From NCBI GenBank assembly GCA_035221665.1, contig CM069138.1:71486001-71550000 (forward strand): 64,000 nt of DNA. The letters run 5' to 3'. This DNA comes from Okamejei kenojei (lineage: Eukaryota). The notes beneath the pieces are model-generated. The model searched no databases. It was not told the DNA's origin and saw nothing but the letters and a program-made list of their open reading frames with translations. The position numbers were made by a program, and so were the translations under genes. This document shows positions 23,989-36,095 of this stretch, piece after piece; the first letter of the stretch is position 1; every line of letters begins with the position of its first letter.

Positions 23989-25925
23989 CCCATTGAAGGG
24001 ACTAGATTACAGAAACTTATTCACAGGCAAAGTAAGTGAACAGCTTTAGACTGATGAATCTCACCAGATTTCCTCACATGGCTAGAGAATCCTAATTGAG
24101 AATAAATATTGCAATAAGTTTTTTTAACTTACCTGTCCTATACTATCATCTTAAGTATATTGTCATTATAGCATCGATCCAGTGTAATAATCTTAAACAT
24201 TTTAGATGTTACTGGCATCCATCTCTGTGGCATCTTCCAGTCCGACAAATCTCTTCTCCTTAAATGTTGCTTTCGTATGTATTTGTGTTTAATTGCGGGC
24301 AGCAGAGCTATTTGCTGTCAATACCCTACTTTAGGAATTTCCTCCCAGAGAATCAGTGTTTCTGCCTTTTTAAAAGTACAACCTTATTAACCAAGCTTTT
24401 GATCATCAGTCCTGACATCAATTTTATGGCTTGATGTTCAATTTTGTCATAATTCTCCTATGGGGCACTTTAGGACATTTAACTGTTGAAGATGCTATGT
24501 AAATAAGGCAAACACTGATGGCAAGAGTATGTGTTTTACTGTATACTTACTAGTAAAGACCATATCCTCTCCCGCTAATTCAATGTTCTTATTATTTTGA
24601 GTGAGAACTATGGAAAGGAAATTCAGTACATGATAGGGTTAAATTAATTCAGATTAATGCCCTAGCTACCAGCCACATTTATTGCAGTTGTTGTGGTTCA
24701 AGGGCTGACCAAAGCAGTTGTTGAACAGTTGTTTTGCACTCTAGAGCTTTCCCACTGTCTTTAATTTGTTAAAAATCATCAAGAGCTGGCTGTTTGTGGT
24801 TCTCCTCATAAATTCTGTACATCCTCTTGTTAGCAAAGTGTTGTGTACACTAAATACAAAAGTGCCTTGTGTCTTGGGCATAAATTACCTCTGTGCGTTA
24901 CTGTCTCTGAATGGGCTCCCCAGTTATGGATTACTTTGTTCTAGACTTGACAGGAACATAATTAGAGCTGTTGATGAAATCTACAAAATTGTTCCTCAGC
25001 GGCTTCAATGGTTCAGAAATTCAGCACAGCTATATTTGTCAGCACCAAAGGGCTCTAAACAATTTATATTAACTATATTATTATGTACGAGTCATTATTC
25101 TTGGCTAATATTCTTTGCATTTTCTTGCCAGCGCACTTGATCTATTTGTTCACATGTAGTTTTTCAGTTTGTAATTTTTATCATGTAGACGAGGGCTATG
25201 CAGATGGATCGATAATGCTGATGGTTCATTTGTCTAAGTGATGCATTTTCTTCGGATATCTCTCAGGCATGCATTCTTGTTTTCTTTTGTTTCAGTCATT
25301 ATAGAATTAGCATTTTTTCTTTAGCAGATAAAGATTTCCCTGATCAAACCCACTTTTGAATTCATACTGTCACAATAGAAACAGCAATATAATAGAAATC
25401 CATTTCCCATTTTTCAAAAGGCATATAATCCTCAAGCCTTTCAGAACGGAATTTCTCATGGACAGCATCTATCTTGTAATGTACAGTTTAAAACACTTTT
25501 TTTAAGTAAATATCCTAATATTTGTAGAACAGGAAGGGATTATCTAAATTACTGGCCAATGCTCTGCTTATTAATCTAAAGTGGCTGTGTAACATGGTGT
25601 TTACGAAACAGTAAGGTCTGCAGTACCTACAGGGTGCTAGGGTGCCCACTGACGTTTGACATTTTTGATGGGTGCTTATAAATTCTCGGATGCAATCAGT
25701 GGTTGCCATTTCAGTGGGGGGAAGGTAAAGAAGTTCTGGTATGTTCCATTAATTTGTTTGACTGTAGATCTAAAATGGCCTTCGTTGAAATATGCAGAGG
25801 ACAGCTGAGCAGTGGATCAAAAACTTTGAGGGGCCTGTGCACAATTTGGTATGCAGCAAAATGATTTGTTTTTGTTATGTCCTTGCATTTAAAAGAGCTT
25901 CACTGCACAAATGGCTGTTTCCCAA

Positions 25926-27537
25926 TAGTGCCCTCCATAATGTTTGGGACAAAGACCCATCATTTATTTATTTGCCTCTGTACTCCACAATTTTAGATTT
26001 GTAATAGCAAAAAATCACATGTGGTTAAAGTGCACATTGTCAGATTTTATTAAAGTCCATTTTTATACATTTTGGTTTCACCATGTAGAAATTACAGCTG
26101 TTCCCCTATTTCAGGGTGCCATAATGCTGGGAACACATGGCTTCACAGGCGTTTGTAATTGCTCAGGTGCGTTTAATTATCTCCTTAATGCAGGTATAAG
26201 AGAGCTCTCTGCACCTAGTCTTTCCTCCAGTCTTTCCATCACCTTTGGAAGCTTTTATTGCTGTTTATCAACATGAGGACCAAAGTTGTGCCAGTGAAAG
26301 TCAAAGAAGCCATTATGAGACTGAGAAACAATAATTAAACTGTTAGAGACATCAGCCAAACATCAGGCTTACCAAAATCAACTGTGTGGAACATCAATGA
26401 GAAGAAAGAGAGCACTGGTGATCGCAAAGGGACAGGCAGGCCAAGGAAAACCTCCACAGCTGATGACCGAGGAATTCTCTCTATAAAAAAGAAAAATCCT
26501 CAAACACCTGTCCGACAGATCAGAAACACTCTTCAGGAGTCGGGTGTGGAATTGTCAATGACCACCGTCCACTGAAGACATCATGAACAGAAATCCAGAG
26601 GCTACGCTGCAAGATGCAAACCACTGGTTAACGGCAAAAATAGGATGGCCACGTTACTGTTTGTCAAGAAGTACTAAAAAGAGCAACCGCAGTTCTGGAA
26701 AGAGGTCTTGTGGACAGATGAGATGAAGATTAACATATCAGAGTGATGGCATGAGCAAAGTATGGAGGAGAGAACGAACTTCCCAAGATCCAAAGCATAC
26801 CACCTCATCTGTGAAACTCAGTGGTGGGGGTGTTATGGCCTGGGCATGTATGGCTGCTGAAGGTATTGTCTCGTATGGCAGTTGCATAATGAATTCTGAA
26901 GTGTATAGACACATTCTATCTGTTCGTTCAAACAAATGCCTCAAAACGCATTGACTGGCGGTTCATTCTACAGCAAGACAATGAACCCAAATATACCGCT
27001 AAAGCAGCAAAGGAGTTTTTCAAAGCTAAAAAATAGTCAATTCTTAAGTAACCAAGGCAATCACCCTGAACATGATCACATGATCAATCTGAACACAATT
27101 GATCATGTCTTTCATATGCTGAAGAGAAAACTAAAGGGGACTAGCCCCCAAACAAGCATAAAGATGGCTGCAATACAAGCCTGACAGAGCATCACCAGAG
27201 AAGACTCCCAGCAACTGGTGATGTCAACGAATTGCAGACTTCAAGCAGTCATTGCATGGAAAGGATATGCAACAAAATACTAAACATGACTACTTTAATT
27301 TATATGACATTGCTGTGTGCCAAACATTATGGTGCCCTGAAATGGGGGGACTATGTATAAACACAGCTGTAATTTCTACATGGTGAAACCAAAATGTGTA
27401 AAAATGGCCTGTATTAAAATCTGACAATGTGCACTTTAACCACATGTGATGTTTTCTATCACAAATCTCAAATTGTGGAGTGCAGAGGCAAATAAATAAA
27501 TGATGGGTCTTTGTCCCAAACATTATGGAGCGCACTT
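25926..27537 (+). mobile_element. Tc1-like DNA transposon, same family as 20428-22012, decayed
   Basis: TIRs (t)agtgccctccataatgtttgggacaaagacccatc ... gatgggtctttgtcccaaacattatggagcgcact(t)|TA. Confidence 0.93.
26273..27283 (+). pseudogene. Tc1 transposase pseudogene
   Basis: MRTKVVPVKVKEAIMRL..., GRPRKT motif, VLWTDE, GGGVMAWACM, QQDN.PK, ending GYATKY*. Multiple stops and frameshifts. Confidence 0.9.
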
Positions 27538-29606
27538 TATGTGCTTTGTGTAAATGCAGTCGTTACCATGTAAGGTATAAACCTTCCAAAAGTGAAAACA
27601 AACATGAAATCCGACTTCACAAGAATTTTAAGTGAATCATTACCAGGGCACCTGGGAGACGGCTTTCTACATTATACATTAGATATTTAACTTTAATAAA
27701 CTGTAAGTAAATGAACAGAATTAGGAATTCAAATTTGACCAGTTAATTTTGCCACTGTACCCTTTATGTATTATTGCAATTATTTGTTAATCTGTTTCAA
27801 TTTTAAAGAATCTGAGAATTTTCCATTATTTTCTGTAGCAGACGTTGAGCTGATTGTGTCCTGATTTAACCAGAAAGGATTAAAGGTGCAACAGCACAGT
27901 GAATGATCTAGCTCAATAGCAGACAATATCCTGGCAAACATCTGTACCTGATATTGATGTTCAATATGTTGTTTTTCCCTGAAGTGAAAACGGATGGGGA
28001 CCAAATTTTATTTTGGATTTTGAATTCAACTGACAAACATAATGTTTCAATATATTATTTTGTTTAAGACAACACTGCATTGTGGTCCCTTCATTTCAGC
28101 TGGAGAAAAAAAAAATGCTAACCTTGTCATATTGGATGCGATGGTGCGGAAATGATAACTGTATGTTTTAGAAAGACATCTTATTTAAATCCTGAATACA
28201 GGCATGCCTCACATTCATTGCTCAACAGCTCCTGAAAAAATGCATATGGATTAGGAGGATGAATATTCCATTATTTCAGTATATTGAGCTGATCTTCTTA
28301 TTGGGACTTTATGTTAAAACAAAATCTGCAAGGAATTTAGCCTTGCCATCTTAGACAGTAATTTTGACTGTGTCTAAAGCACTTGATATTGTATTATTTG
28401 CGTGCTGGGGCATCTTATTGTGCCTGAATTTGCACTTGTTAACTTTCTTTAAAACACTACTTCAATATTTCTGGATATTAAAGATGTCAGTTATTACCAA
28501 AAGTAAATAAAAATGCAGAATAGAAGGAAATGCAATATTGAACCTTCCTTTAGTGTTAATCCTTATTGAGTAATCACAAAAGATGATTAAGTATTGTGTA
28601 GTTCCCACATTGGTGTTTTTCTGTAGCCTTTAAGCCCATTTGTCTTGTGGTTTAGAAAAAAAAGTTAATCTTATTTGCTTTTAGACTTTGTGCGTGAGCA
28701 TGGGTTGAAATATCTTTATTTGTATTTTACGCACATATACATTCCTCGTGTTTATTATGCATTCCTGATCCATAGGTTATCTTGAGCAGGTCTGTGGCGA
28801 TTAATTGATTATAATTGATTGAAACATTTTAATCAACAGAAATTTAATCAATTAATTGACTTGTTATCGAGTAAAATGGTGCAGATCCAGACCGGTACTG
28901 TCTGCTCATTTGTTTTTGGCTGTTCTGATACTATTCTTCAAAGAACTATTATGATTGTTACAATAAAACTCCAGGACAAATATAATTTTAGACCAATGAC
29001 TTCAGTTTATTAACAGCAAAAGGGATCAGTAACCCAAGGCCATTAGTTTCAATACTGCTGATCCACTGCTAAGTTAATGCTTTTTGCATCATTTGATGTT
29101 CAATAAGTTTTCTCCATATTATAACATCTAGTGCAATCTTCCATAAATGTGGCAATTATCACGAGTTTAATCACCAACAAAAAGCAGCAGAACCACCTTA
29201 ATGGTAAATGATACCATTGTTGAAATTTAGGCCGAACTAGTTGTTTCCTATTGACATTTTTATCAACCTCTACTTCAGTCCACTCCTCCTTTTCTTTGCT
29301 GCCATCTTCATGGCAACTGCCTTCGTCATTCAGTTTTTGATTAACAAGGAAAGGATTTTATGATGTTATTGCATGAACCCCCAGCCGATCGATCTGCTTT
29401 TTATTCTCAAGACAAAAGACTGATGAAACCTGTTGGATTCATGTGGCTAAATAACTGCATCAAACTTCATTGTATTCAGATCTCTATCCTCCGATTTATG
29501 TTAATGCAAGTTAATAACCTTTGGTCATCCAAAATGTGCACTATTTTCATGCTAATTTGAGGATCAGGTTGCGGTATTTTTGACGTATTATTATAGAATT
29601 CATGAA

Positions 29607-29950
29607 TGGGTGCAGCTGGTAGACCTGCTGCCTACCAGTGCCAGAGACCCAGGCTCGATCCTGACCTTGGGTGCTGCCTGTGTGGAGTTTGCATGTTCTC
29701 TCTTGGACTGTGTGGCTTTCCTACAGGTGCATCCGTGTCCTCCCAAATCCCATATATATGTGGGTTTGTATGTTAATTTGTCTCTGTAAATTGTCCCTAG
29801 TGTGTAGTGGGTGGGAAAGTGGGCTCACATGGAACTAGTGTGAACGGTTGATCAATAGTCGGCATGGACTTGGTAAACCAAGGGACTTGTTTCCATGCTA
29901 TATCTCTAAACTAGACTAAACTAAACTAAAGTACTGAGCTAAACTAAAAT
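29607..29950 (+). mobile_element. V-SINE (HE1-like)
   Basis: gtgcagctggtagacctgctgcc...ggctcgatcctgacc...gtggagtttgcatgttctc...(ctaaa)n. Confidence 0.85.
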
Positions 29951-30774
29951 GCTCATTGGAACTTTGCAGGAAAGGAATATTACAATGTCAAATGCTGATT
30001 TATAGTGCAGCCATTTTGAAACACAGTGCTCCAGCTAATACCATCTCATAATGGTGCACTGCTTAATGTACATTAAACAGAAGGAAGGACGCTCAACCCC
30101 ACAGTGACCCCACCGTACCATGCCATTTAAAAAAAAAAAAAAAAAAGATGATAAGCTACTTATGGGTCAGTTGCTAGTTTATTTCTTCTGGTAGCTGATT
30201 TGATTCCGCAAGCATTTGGTGCTGTCTTTCATTATTTCAAGTTGCAAAGTCTACAGGGAGCAATGCGGCACTGAATGACTTTGCTGACTTCGAGCCTTTT
30301 GTACAAATGAGTTGCTCAGAGGTATGAGTACATTAGTAAATAATCCCCACGCATTGCCGCATGACAAGGAGAATGAATGAAGGGCACGCAGAACAGGTCT
30401 AGCTCCAGGAAGAGGCAAGAGCAAAAGATGGTAGTGAAAGATGTGCACGCATCTTTTTCACAGAGGGAGTCTGAGGAACAAGTCACCAACATGAATACAT
30501 TACAACATGTAAGCTTTGATGAGGATGGGTTTTTATTGATGGCTTCCATACTGCAGCCACAATTGAGACTTCAGAAGAGGACATGCGCTGCATTTCATGG
30601 GACTATCAATGTGAGTTGGGCAGTGAACTCTTGTCTTTCAAGAGATTTCCAGAGATGCTGATTTACCCACTCCAACACTTTGTGTCCTTTTGTGGAAACC
30701 AGCATCTGCCGTTTCTTGTTCCTTCACAGGGCACAAAGTTTCCAACCGCTTCCTTACAGTAAGATGAGCTTGAA

Positions 30775-31068
30775 ACAGTGCACACGGCTTGATACCATGA
30801 CCATTTTGAACTCCACTGTGCTCCCTGACAATGAATGCAGGTGTCAGGCAGACTACCAGGTGTTGTTCGCACACACTTCGCCCATGGAAGCACTAAGCTG
30901 AGCCCTCTGGATCACAGTCTCACCTCCACTCTAAGCCAGCACAGTTCTTGTTATTTTTCTTGTATTGTCCATGGGTCATTTGTGCTGAAAATCACACCAT
31001 ACGCAGATCTTCCCAAATATGCAGTTGATGACTGGGAATGTGAAATAGAGAGATAGTGTGCCTTCAGA
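30775..31068. repeat. copy 1 of a ~295-bp dispersed direct duplication
   Basis: aacagtgcacacggcttgataccatgacc...gtgtgccttcaga, also present at 32736-33036. Confidence 0.92.
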
Positions 31069-31517
31069 TTCACTGCTTGCTTTCTTTTGTAGCACTGCCA
31101 ATACTTGTATGTCTGTAAGGCAAAAGATATCAGGGTAGTCTTGTAGCAAATTATAACATTCCTTCTGACAGAGAGACAAGATTGTTTGACTCTGACCCAC
31201 TTGTTTCATATGTCTCAGTTCTACACTGATCAGGATCTTGCCGACTGAAGGAATTGGGGAAGTACCAATTAAATGTAGTGAATTATTGAAAGTCTTCACC
31301 AATATGCAATGAACAAGACTGAATTGCTTTAAGCATTATTGATGAGGCATTAACGGGCTCACTGCTAAATAGTCTTCTGAGTGTTTGGAGCAGTTTCAAA
31401 GAATTTGTGCATTTATTATCAGTAAAAGGTTTGCTTGAATACTCGGTACAGATAATGAAAGTTAAATCAATGATTTGGGTGTGTTTCTGTTAACAAGATT
31501 AGATAATATAAAATGGG

Positions 31518-31900
31518 GACACAAAAGTCAGCAGATGCTGGAATCTGGAGCAAAAAAATAAACTATTGGTGGAGCGTAACGTGGAGGGAACTTAAAACAT
31601 CAAACAACAGTACAACACAGCAACATGCCCTTTGACCCACAATATCTGCCAAACACTGATGCTGTTAAACTAATCCCCTCTGCCCGCAGGTGATCCATAT
31701 TCCTCCATTCCCTGGATATCCTTGTGCCTAACCCAAAGTCTCTAAAATGATTCTATCACATCTGCATCCAAATGGACAGTCACTGGTTTGGATCAAGACC
31801 CTTTCTCAGCACTGGAGCGGTCTCAACCTGAAAGCCCAACTGTCCATTTGCTCCACAGATGCTGCCTGACCTGCTGACCTCTTCCAGCAGTTTATTATTT
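31518..31900. mobile_element. PLE-derived fold-back element with a nested LINE tail (about 31590-31770, minus)
   Basis: gcagatgctggaatctggagc ... ggatcaagacccttt ... tctcaacctgaaagc ... gctgcctgacctgctga. Confidence 0.65.
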
Positions 31901-32134
31901 GATGACATCACACATTATGAGGAGATCTTTAAAGAGAGAATGTCAAAGGAAAATAGAGGCAAGGGCAACATTATGCATCAGTCTATTTAGTTTTATACAA
32001 TAAATGTTTCTTAATGTAGCTGAAAGGTTGGGACAGCTAACCTGCAAACAGCCAGGGCCACCGCTGCCTATGTCAATTGTAAGGTTCATTCTGTAAATAG
32101 TTTATAAAAGTCATGAACCATCAGCAGCGAACTA

Positions 32135-32575
32135 GTGCTTGTGTGTGTGTGTGCGCGTGACTGTGTAGATGCATCTGTGTGTGTGCACGTGTCTGTGCTT
32201 GTGTGGGTGTGTGCAAGTATGTGTGTACGTACGTGTGTGTGTGCGCGTTTCTGCGTGTCTGTGCTTGTGCGTGTGTGCATGCATCTGTGTGTGTGTGTGT
32301 GTGCACTTGACTGTGTGCGTGCGTCTCTATGTATGTCTGTGCTTGTGTGGGTGTGTGCAAGTATGTGTGCACGTGTCTGTGTGCCTGCATGTGTGTGTGT
32401 ATGACTGTGTGCACACACGTCTCTGTGTGTGCGTGTCTGTGTGCATGCCTGTGCTTGTGTGGGTGTGTGCGCGTGTCTGTGTGCCTGCATCTGCGTGCAA
32501 GTGTGAGTGTCTGTGTGCACATATCTGCATGTGGGTGTAAGTATATGTGTGTGAGTCTGTGTGCATGTACACACA
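32135..32575. repeat. degenerate (TG)n / purine-pyrimidine alternating minisatellite
   Basis: About 440 bp of GT/GC/AT alternation, with recurrent unit gtctgtgcttgtgtgggtgtgtgc. Confidence 0.95.
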
Positions 32576-32735
32576 TTGCTCTATTTTACCTACGTGCATA
32601 TTTGTGTTTCCCTCATCCCTTCTTTTGATCTTGCCTTTCAAGTTTTCTCTTGTTATTATGCACCTTGTTTTAGCTAATTTATTTCTTGTTTATACCACAT
32701 TGCTTCCTTCAAACCATTTTTGACCACATCTTACC

Positions 32736-33036
32736 AACAGTGCACACGGCTTGATACCATGACCATTTTGAACTCCACTGTGCTCCCTGACAATGAATGC
32801 AGGCATTAGGCAGACTACCAGGTGTTGATCAGCACACGCATCACCCATGGAAGCACTAAGCTGAGCCCTAGGGATCACAGTTTCACCTCTGCTTTGAGCC
32901 AGCGCAGTTCTTGTTATATTTCCTCGATTGTCCATGGGTTATTTGTGCTGGAAATCACACCATACGCAGATCTCATCTTCCCAAATATGCAGTCGGTGAC
33001 TGGGAATGTGAAATCGAGCGATGGTGTGCCTTCAGA
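32736..33036. repeat. copy 2 of the ~295-bp direct duplication
   Basis: Colinear with 30775-31068. The first ~65 bp are identical; the rest is moderately diverged, with small indels. Confidence 0.92.
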
Positions 33037-35887
33037 GTCAAGCCCCCACTCTGCTCCCACATATCGACACCCCCTTCTACTTTGATTTTTTGTGAAACTT
33101 TCCTCTTTGGTTTTTTTATTCATGTTTCCTCATGTCCCATCTCTAACCTGCTTTCCACTTCATCAAGTAGAGAGGCCAAGAACTGATGAAACTTGATGGA
33201 AGCAGGTGGATGTGAACCTTGGGAATCAACATCACAAAGACAAATGCATATTACTTCTTTGTTATTCAAGCTTATTCTGCTGCCAGCTGAAGAACACATT
33301 TTTTGGCACAATATTAAATATGCTATTGCGATTGGGAAAAAAACCCTAAATATTTTGATATATTGTTAACATCTTTTTTTTGCATTTGGCCCTAATTAGT
33401 AAAAGATTGTGTTATCAAATCCATATCTTTTCCATCTGGCAGGCCAGGTTTCCTTTATTTCTGCCAGCTTTTTTCACAACTGATGGTTGGAAATCTTAAT
33501 AAGATTTCTGAATGAGCATTTGGTGTAAGGTGACTGCCGAGATCCCTTTTATTCACCGAAGCAAGTAAAAAAAAATAAAGAAGAAACTCTTTGCAAAAAT
33601 GTTGCCAAAATATGCTTTGTTATTAAAAGAATTAAAGACAACTTGAATCATTGAAAACGCAAATCTGAGACGTGTGCGCAGGTGCAAATGTGTGTGTAAA
33701 AAGAAGTGGGTAATTTACCAGCACCAGTGAGGGTGGCTTCCCTTCACAAACGCCGTGGGTACATGCACAGTGTGTGGCGCAAGTGGGAGAAGCCCCTGGG
33801 ACTCCCACCTTTCCCACCACTACGCTGAGAGGTCCTTTTATTCTGTGGGCACACCGTTCCTTTCAACGATGTAAGCTTTTCCGTTTAAATTTAATAGTGC
33901 AGCATGCTGCTGCTGACACTTAAGTGTTTCACATGCGGGAGTTATTTTTCGATTTGTACACTTATGAAATGATGGTCCCTTTAGGCAGTGAAGTGATCAG
34001 CCATGCCCACAGAATAAACTGGTTTGTATTGGAGCTGAGTAGTGATCATTGCCTGTTCACGATGTCACTGCGGCCCTGTGATTCCCTGGGAACTTGCCTA
34101 TCTTTTCGCAGTCATTTCCACATTCTGTTTCCTGCTCTGAATCCCCTTTCTGTCGTGGGGGGGGGGGGAGATGATTTGAAGATCGCCCAATTTGTTTTGA
34201 CATAAAGAGATGTTTAGCTTTGTGAGAGAGGGTGGCAGTGGTGGTGGGCTCTGTCTGACTGACAACTGAACAGTGTGTCTGCCGGGCCAGTTCACCACAT
34301 GTCCTTTCATATTCTCACCATGTCCTGCATGAGTGGTGTTTGATCTCTGCGGCTAAATATCAACAGACCCGGAGATTTTAGCGGAAAAAAAAAAATCCTG
34401 GAATTTAACACCTCGCTGTGCTGCGATGTGGGCTGAGAATTCGCAGGGAAACACACAGTGAACGTGCAATCCTGATAATTTAGAGAGCAGCAATGCCGCA
34501 CTAGATTCTGTACTTTGTTTCTTTTGAGAATCGTGTTAAATTCAGGTCAAACTGATTCAGATTTGATCAGTCAGTACAGGTTTCTCTCTCCCAGATTACA
34601 ATAGAAAGTTAAGTGTTTGCAAGGAGCGATCAGTTGAATATCTCAGGGCTGCACAGCCTTTAAACCACCGTGCTGTTGTGTGTATGTCACATGCTAGTTT
34701 TGTTTTAAGAGTCTTATTTCCTTATACGGGTGCATGCTGATATCCATTTCCAAACCACTTGTAAGGCCTGAAATTATTTCAATATTTATTTTCTCTCTGG
34801 AGGGGAAATCTACCTTAGAATTCTCGTCAAGTCTCAGCTGACGTATATTAAGCATATTGAATCCAAATAAATAAGTTATGAAAATATAACCGGCAGAGCC
34901 TTATTGTATTTCTTTGTGCCTTTTAAACTAGAGAAATTATTTGGAGTCCGTTTTAAGTGATCACATTTTATAGTAATCTGTTATGATATAAAAGTCGAGA
35001 AATAAGCTACCAAAAATTGTAAGAGAGGATTTATTTATTTATTTATGTAAATTGGAAATGGGCCGCGTAGCAGAGAAATGTAAAGATTCCTTCAGTGTTA
35101 GAATGTGTTGAATAATTTAAGATCTGACATAAAAAAAACTTGGTTACTTTTGCAATTTAAAATATTTCCAAAACTGTCTGCAATACACAAACATATTGTA
35201 GCCTCAGATGTGTCCTTTTCTTTAAAGCTGCAAGACATAAAATTACTTGTAGTAAGCACTAAGCCAAATGGTCAAACCAATCTAAATCATGCATTTTAGA
35301 CAGTGGCTGTTTTCTTTTAATTGGCTTGCTGCAACATGACATTTTGAATCATCTGGTGAAATTATATAGTACCTTACAGAAAGAAGCGTCTTTAGTTTGT
35401 TTTGATGGAAGAACAATCAATTTGATAAGTGGTAACACATCTCATTGTCTCAGATTAATTATACTAATTGCTTGATGTTAGCCTTCAGAACAAGCCGAGC
35501 CTGAAGAGGAGTGAGGCTGTGGCCCCCCCTTTGCATGCAGTGTGAGTGCCAGTTCCAGTTGCCTGCACACAGGCTGGATACAGCATTGTTAGAATTCAGG
35601 TCTACACCTTCGCTGTCAGTACTGGTTCTGCTGTAGTCAAGTTCCTGCTCTGAGCAGAGCAAATCTTTGCTCAGTTAAGTGAGCCTCAGTCACTGTTGCA
35701 CTTTCAAAAGGCTTGGCCAACAGCCCAGCTTTGTTAGGCTTTTTGAAACTTCACCTGAATGAGATATTGACGGAGCTTTGTTACCTGAACATCTCCAAAT
35801 AACACAGGGGAAAACAAGATTTGATAATTAAATTGTTATAGAATAACAAAGTCTGTGGATTTCAAAGCCTGTGCCCTCCAGAGAGAT

Positions 35888-35941
35888 TGTCATAGAAAAC
35901 ATAGAAAATAGGTGGCTATTTGGTCCTTCGAGCCTGCACCA
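35888..35941 (-). mobile_element. very short CR1-clade LINE 3' tip
   Basis: catagaaaacatagaaaataggtg...ccttcgagcctgcacc, as at 4619-4690. Confidence 0.65.
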
Positions 35942-36037
35942 CGTTAAGGTTAATTTTGACTGGAATTTGCTTGTGTGAGCCCTAGATTCCAACATTTGTA
36001 CACTTTTCTTGATTTTATTCAACATTGGTTTATTTTC

Positions 36038-36095
36038 TTGGTTCATCACCATTGTGATGACACTATTTGTTGGTTCATCACCATTGTGATGACAC
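36038..36095. repeat. two exact 26-bp direct repeats with internal hairpin
   Basis: ttggttcatcaccattgtgatgacac at 36038-36063 and 36070-36095. Each has a tcatcac-catt-gtgatga stem-loop. Confidence 0.9.

Larger units (their letters stand above)
30250..33300 (-). pseudogene. putative highly decayed Ty3/Gypsy-like pol fossil (RNase H / integrase remnants), interrupted and partly duplicated
   Basis: Minus-strand fragments in pol order: DFTFP..SAYGV (like DAS.YG), ALA...G...DQHL (like ALA...TDH), FIVREHSGVQNGH (like F.I.H.PG..N), LIVP (like integrase Zn domain), LLPLP..RP / LDLF / GDYLL (like integrase core). By-eye similarity across shifted frames only. Confidence 0.4.

Noticed and set aside
24766-25140. 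124-aa ORF
   Set aside because: Non-ATG start, AT-rich hydrophobic composition typical of random ORFs, and no recognisable domain.
32086-32641. Six overlapping His/Thr- or Cys/Val-rich ORFs up to 162 aa
   Set aside because: Translation artefacts of the (TG)n tract.
30775-33036. LTR pair flanking an internal region
   Set aside because: No TG...CA termini, TSD, PBS or PPT seen. The repeat itself looks like decayed coding sequence.
36038-36095. CRISPR-like palindromic direct repeats
   Set aside because: Only two repeats with a 6-bp spacer, no cas genes, and a vertebrate context.
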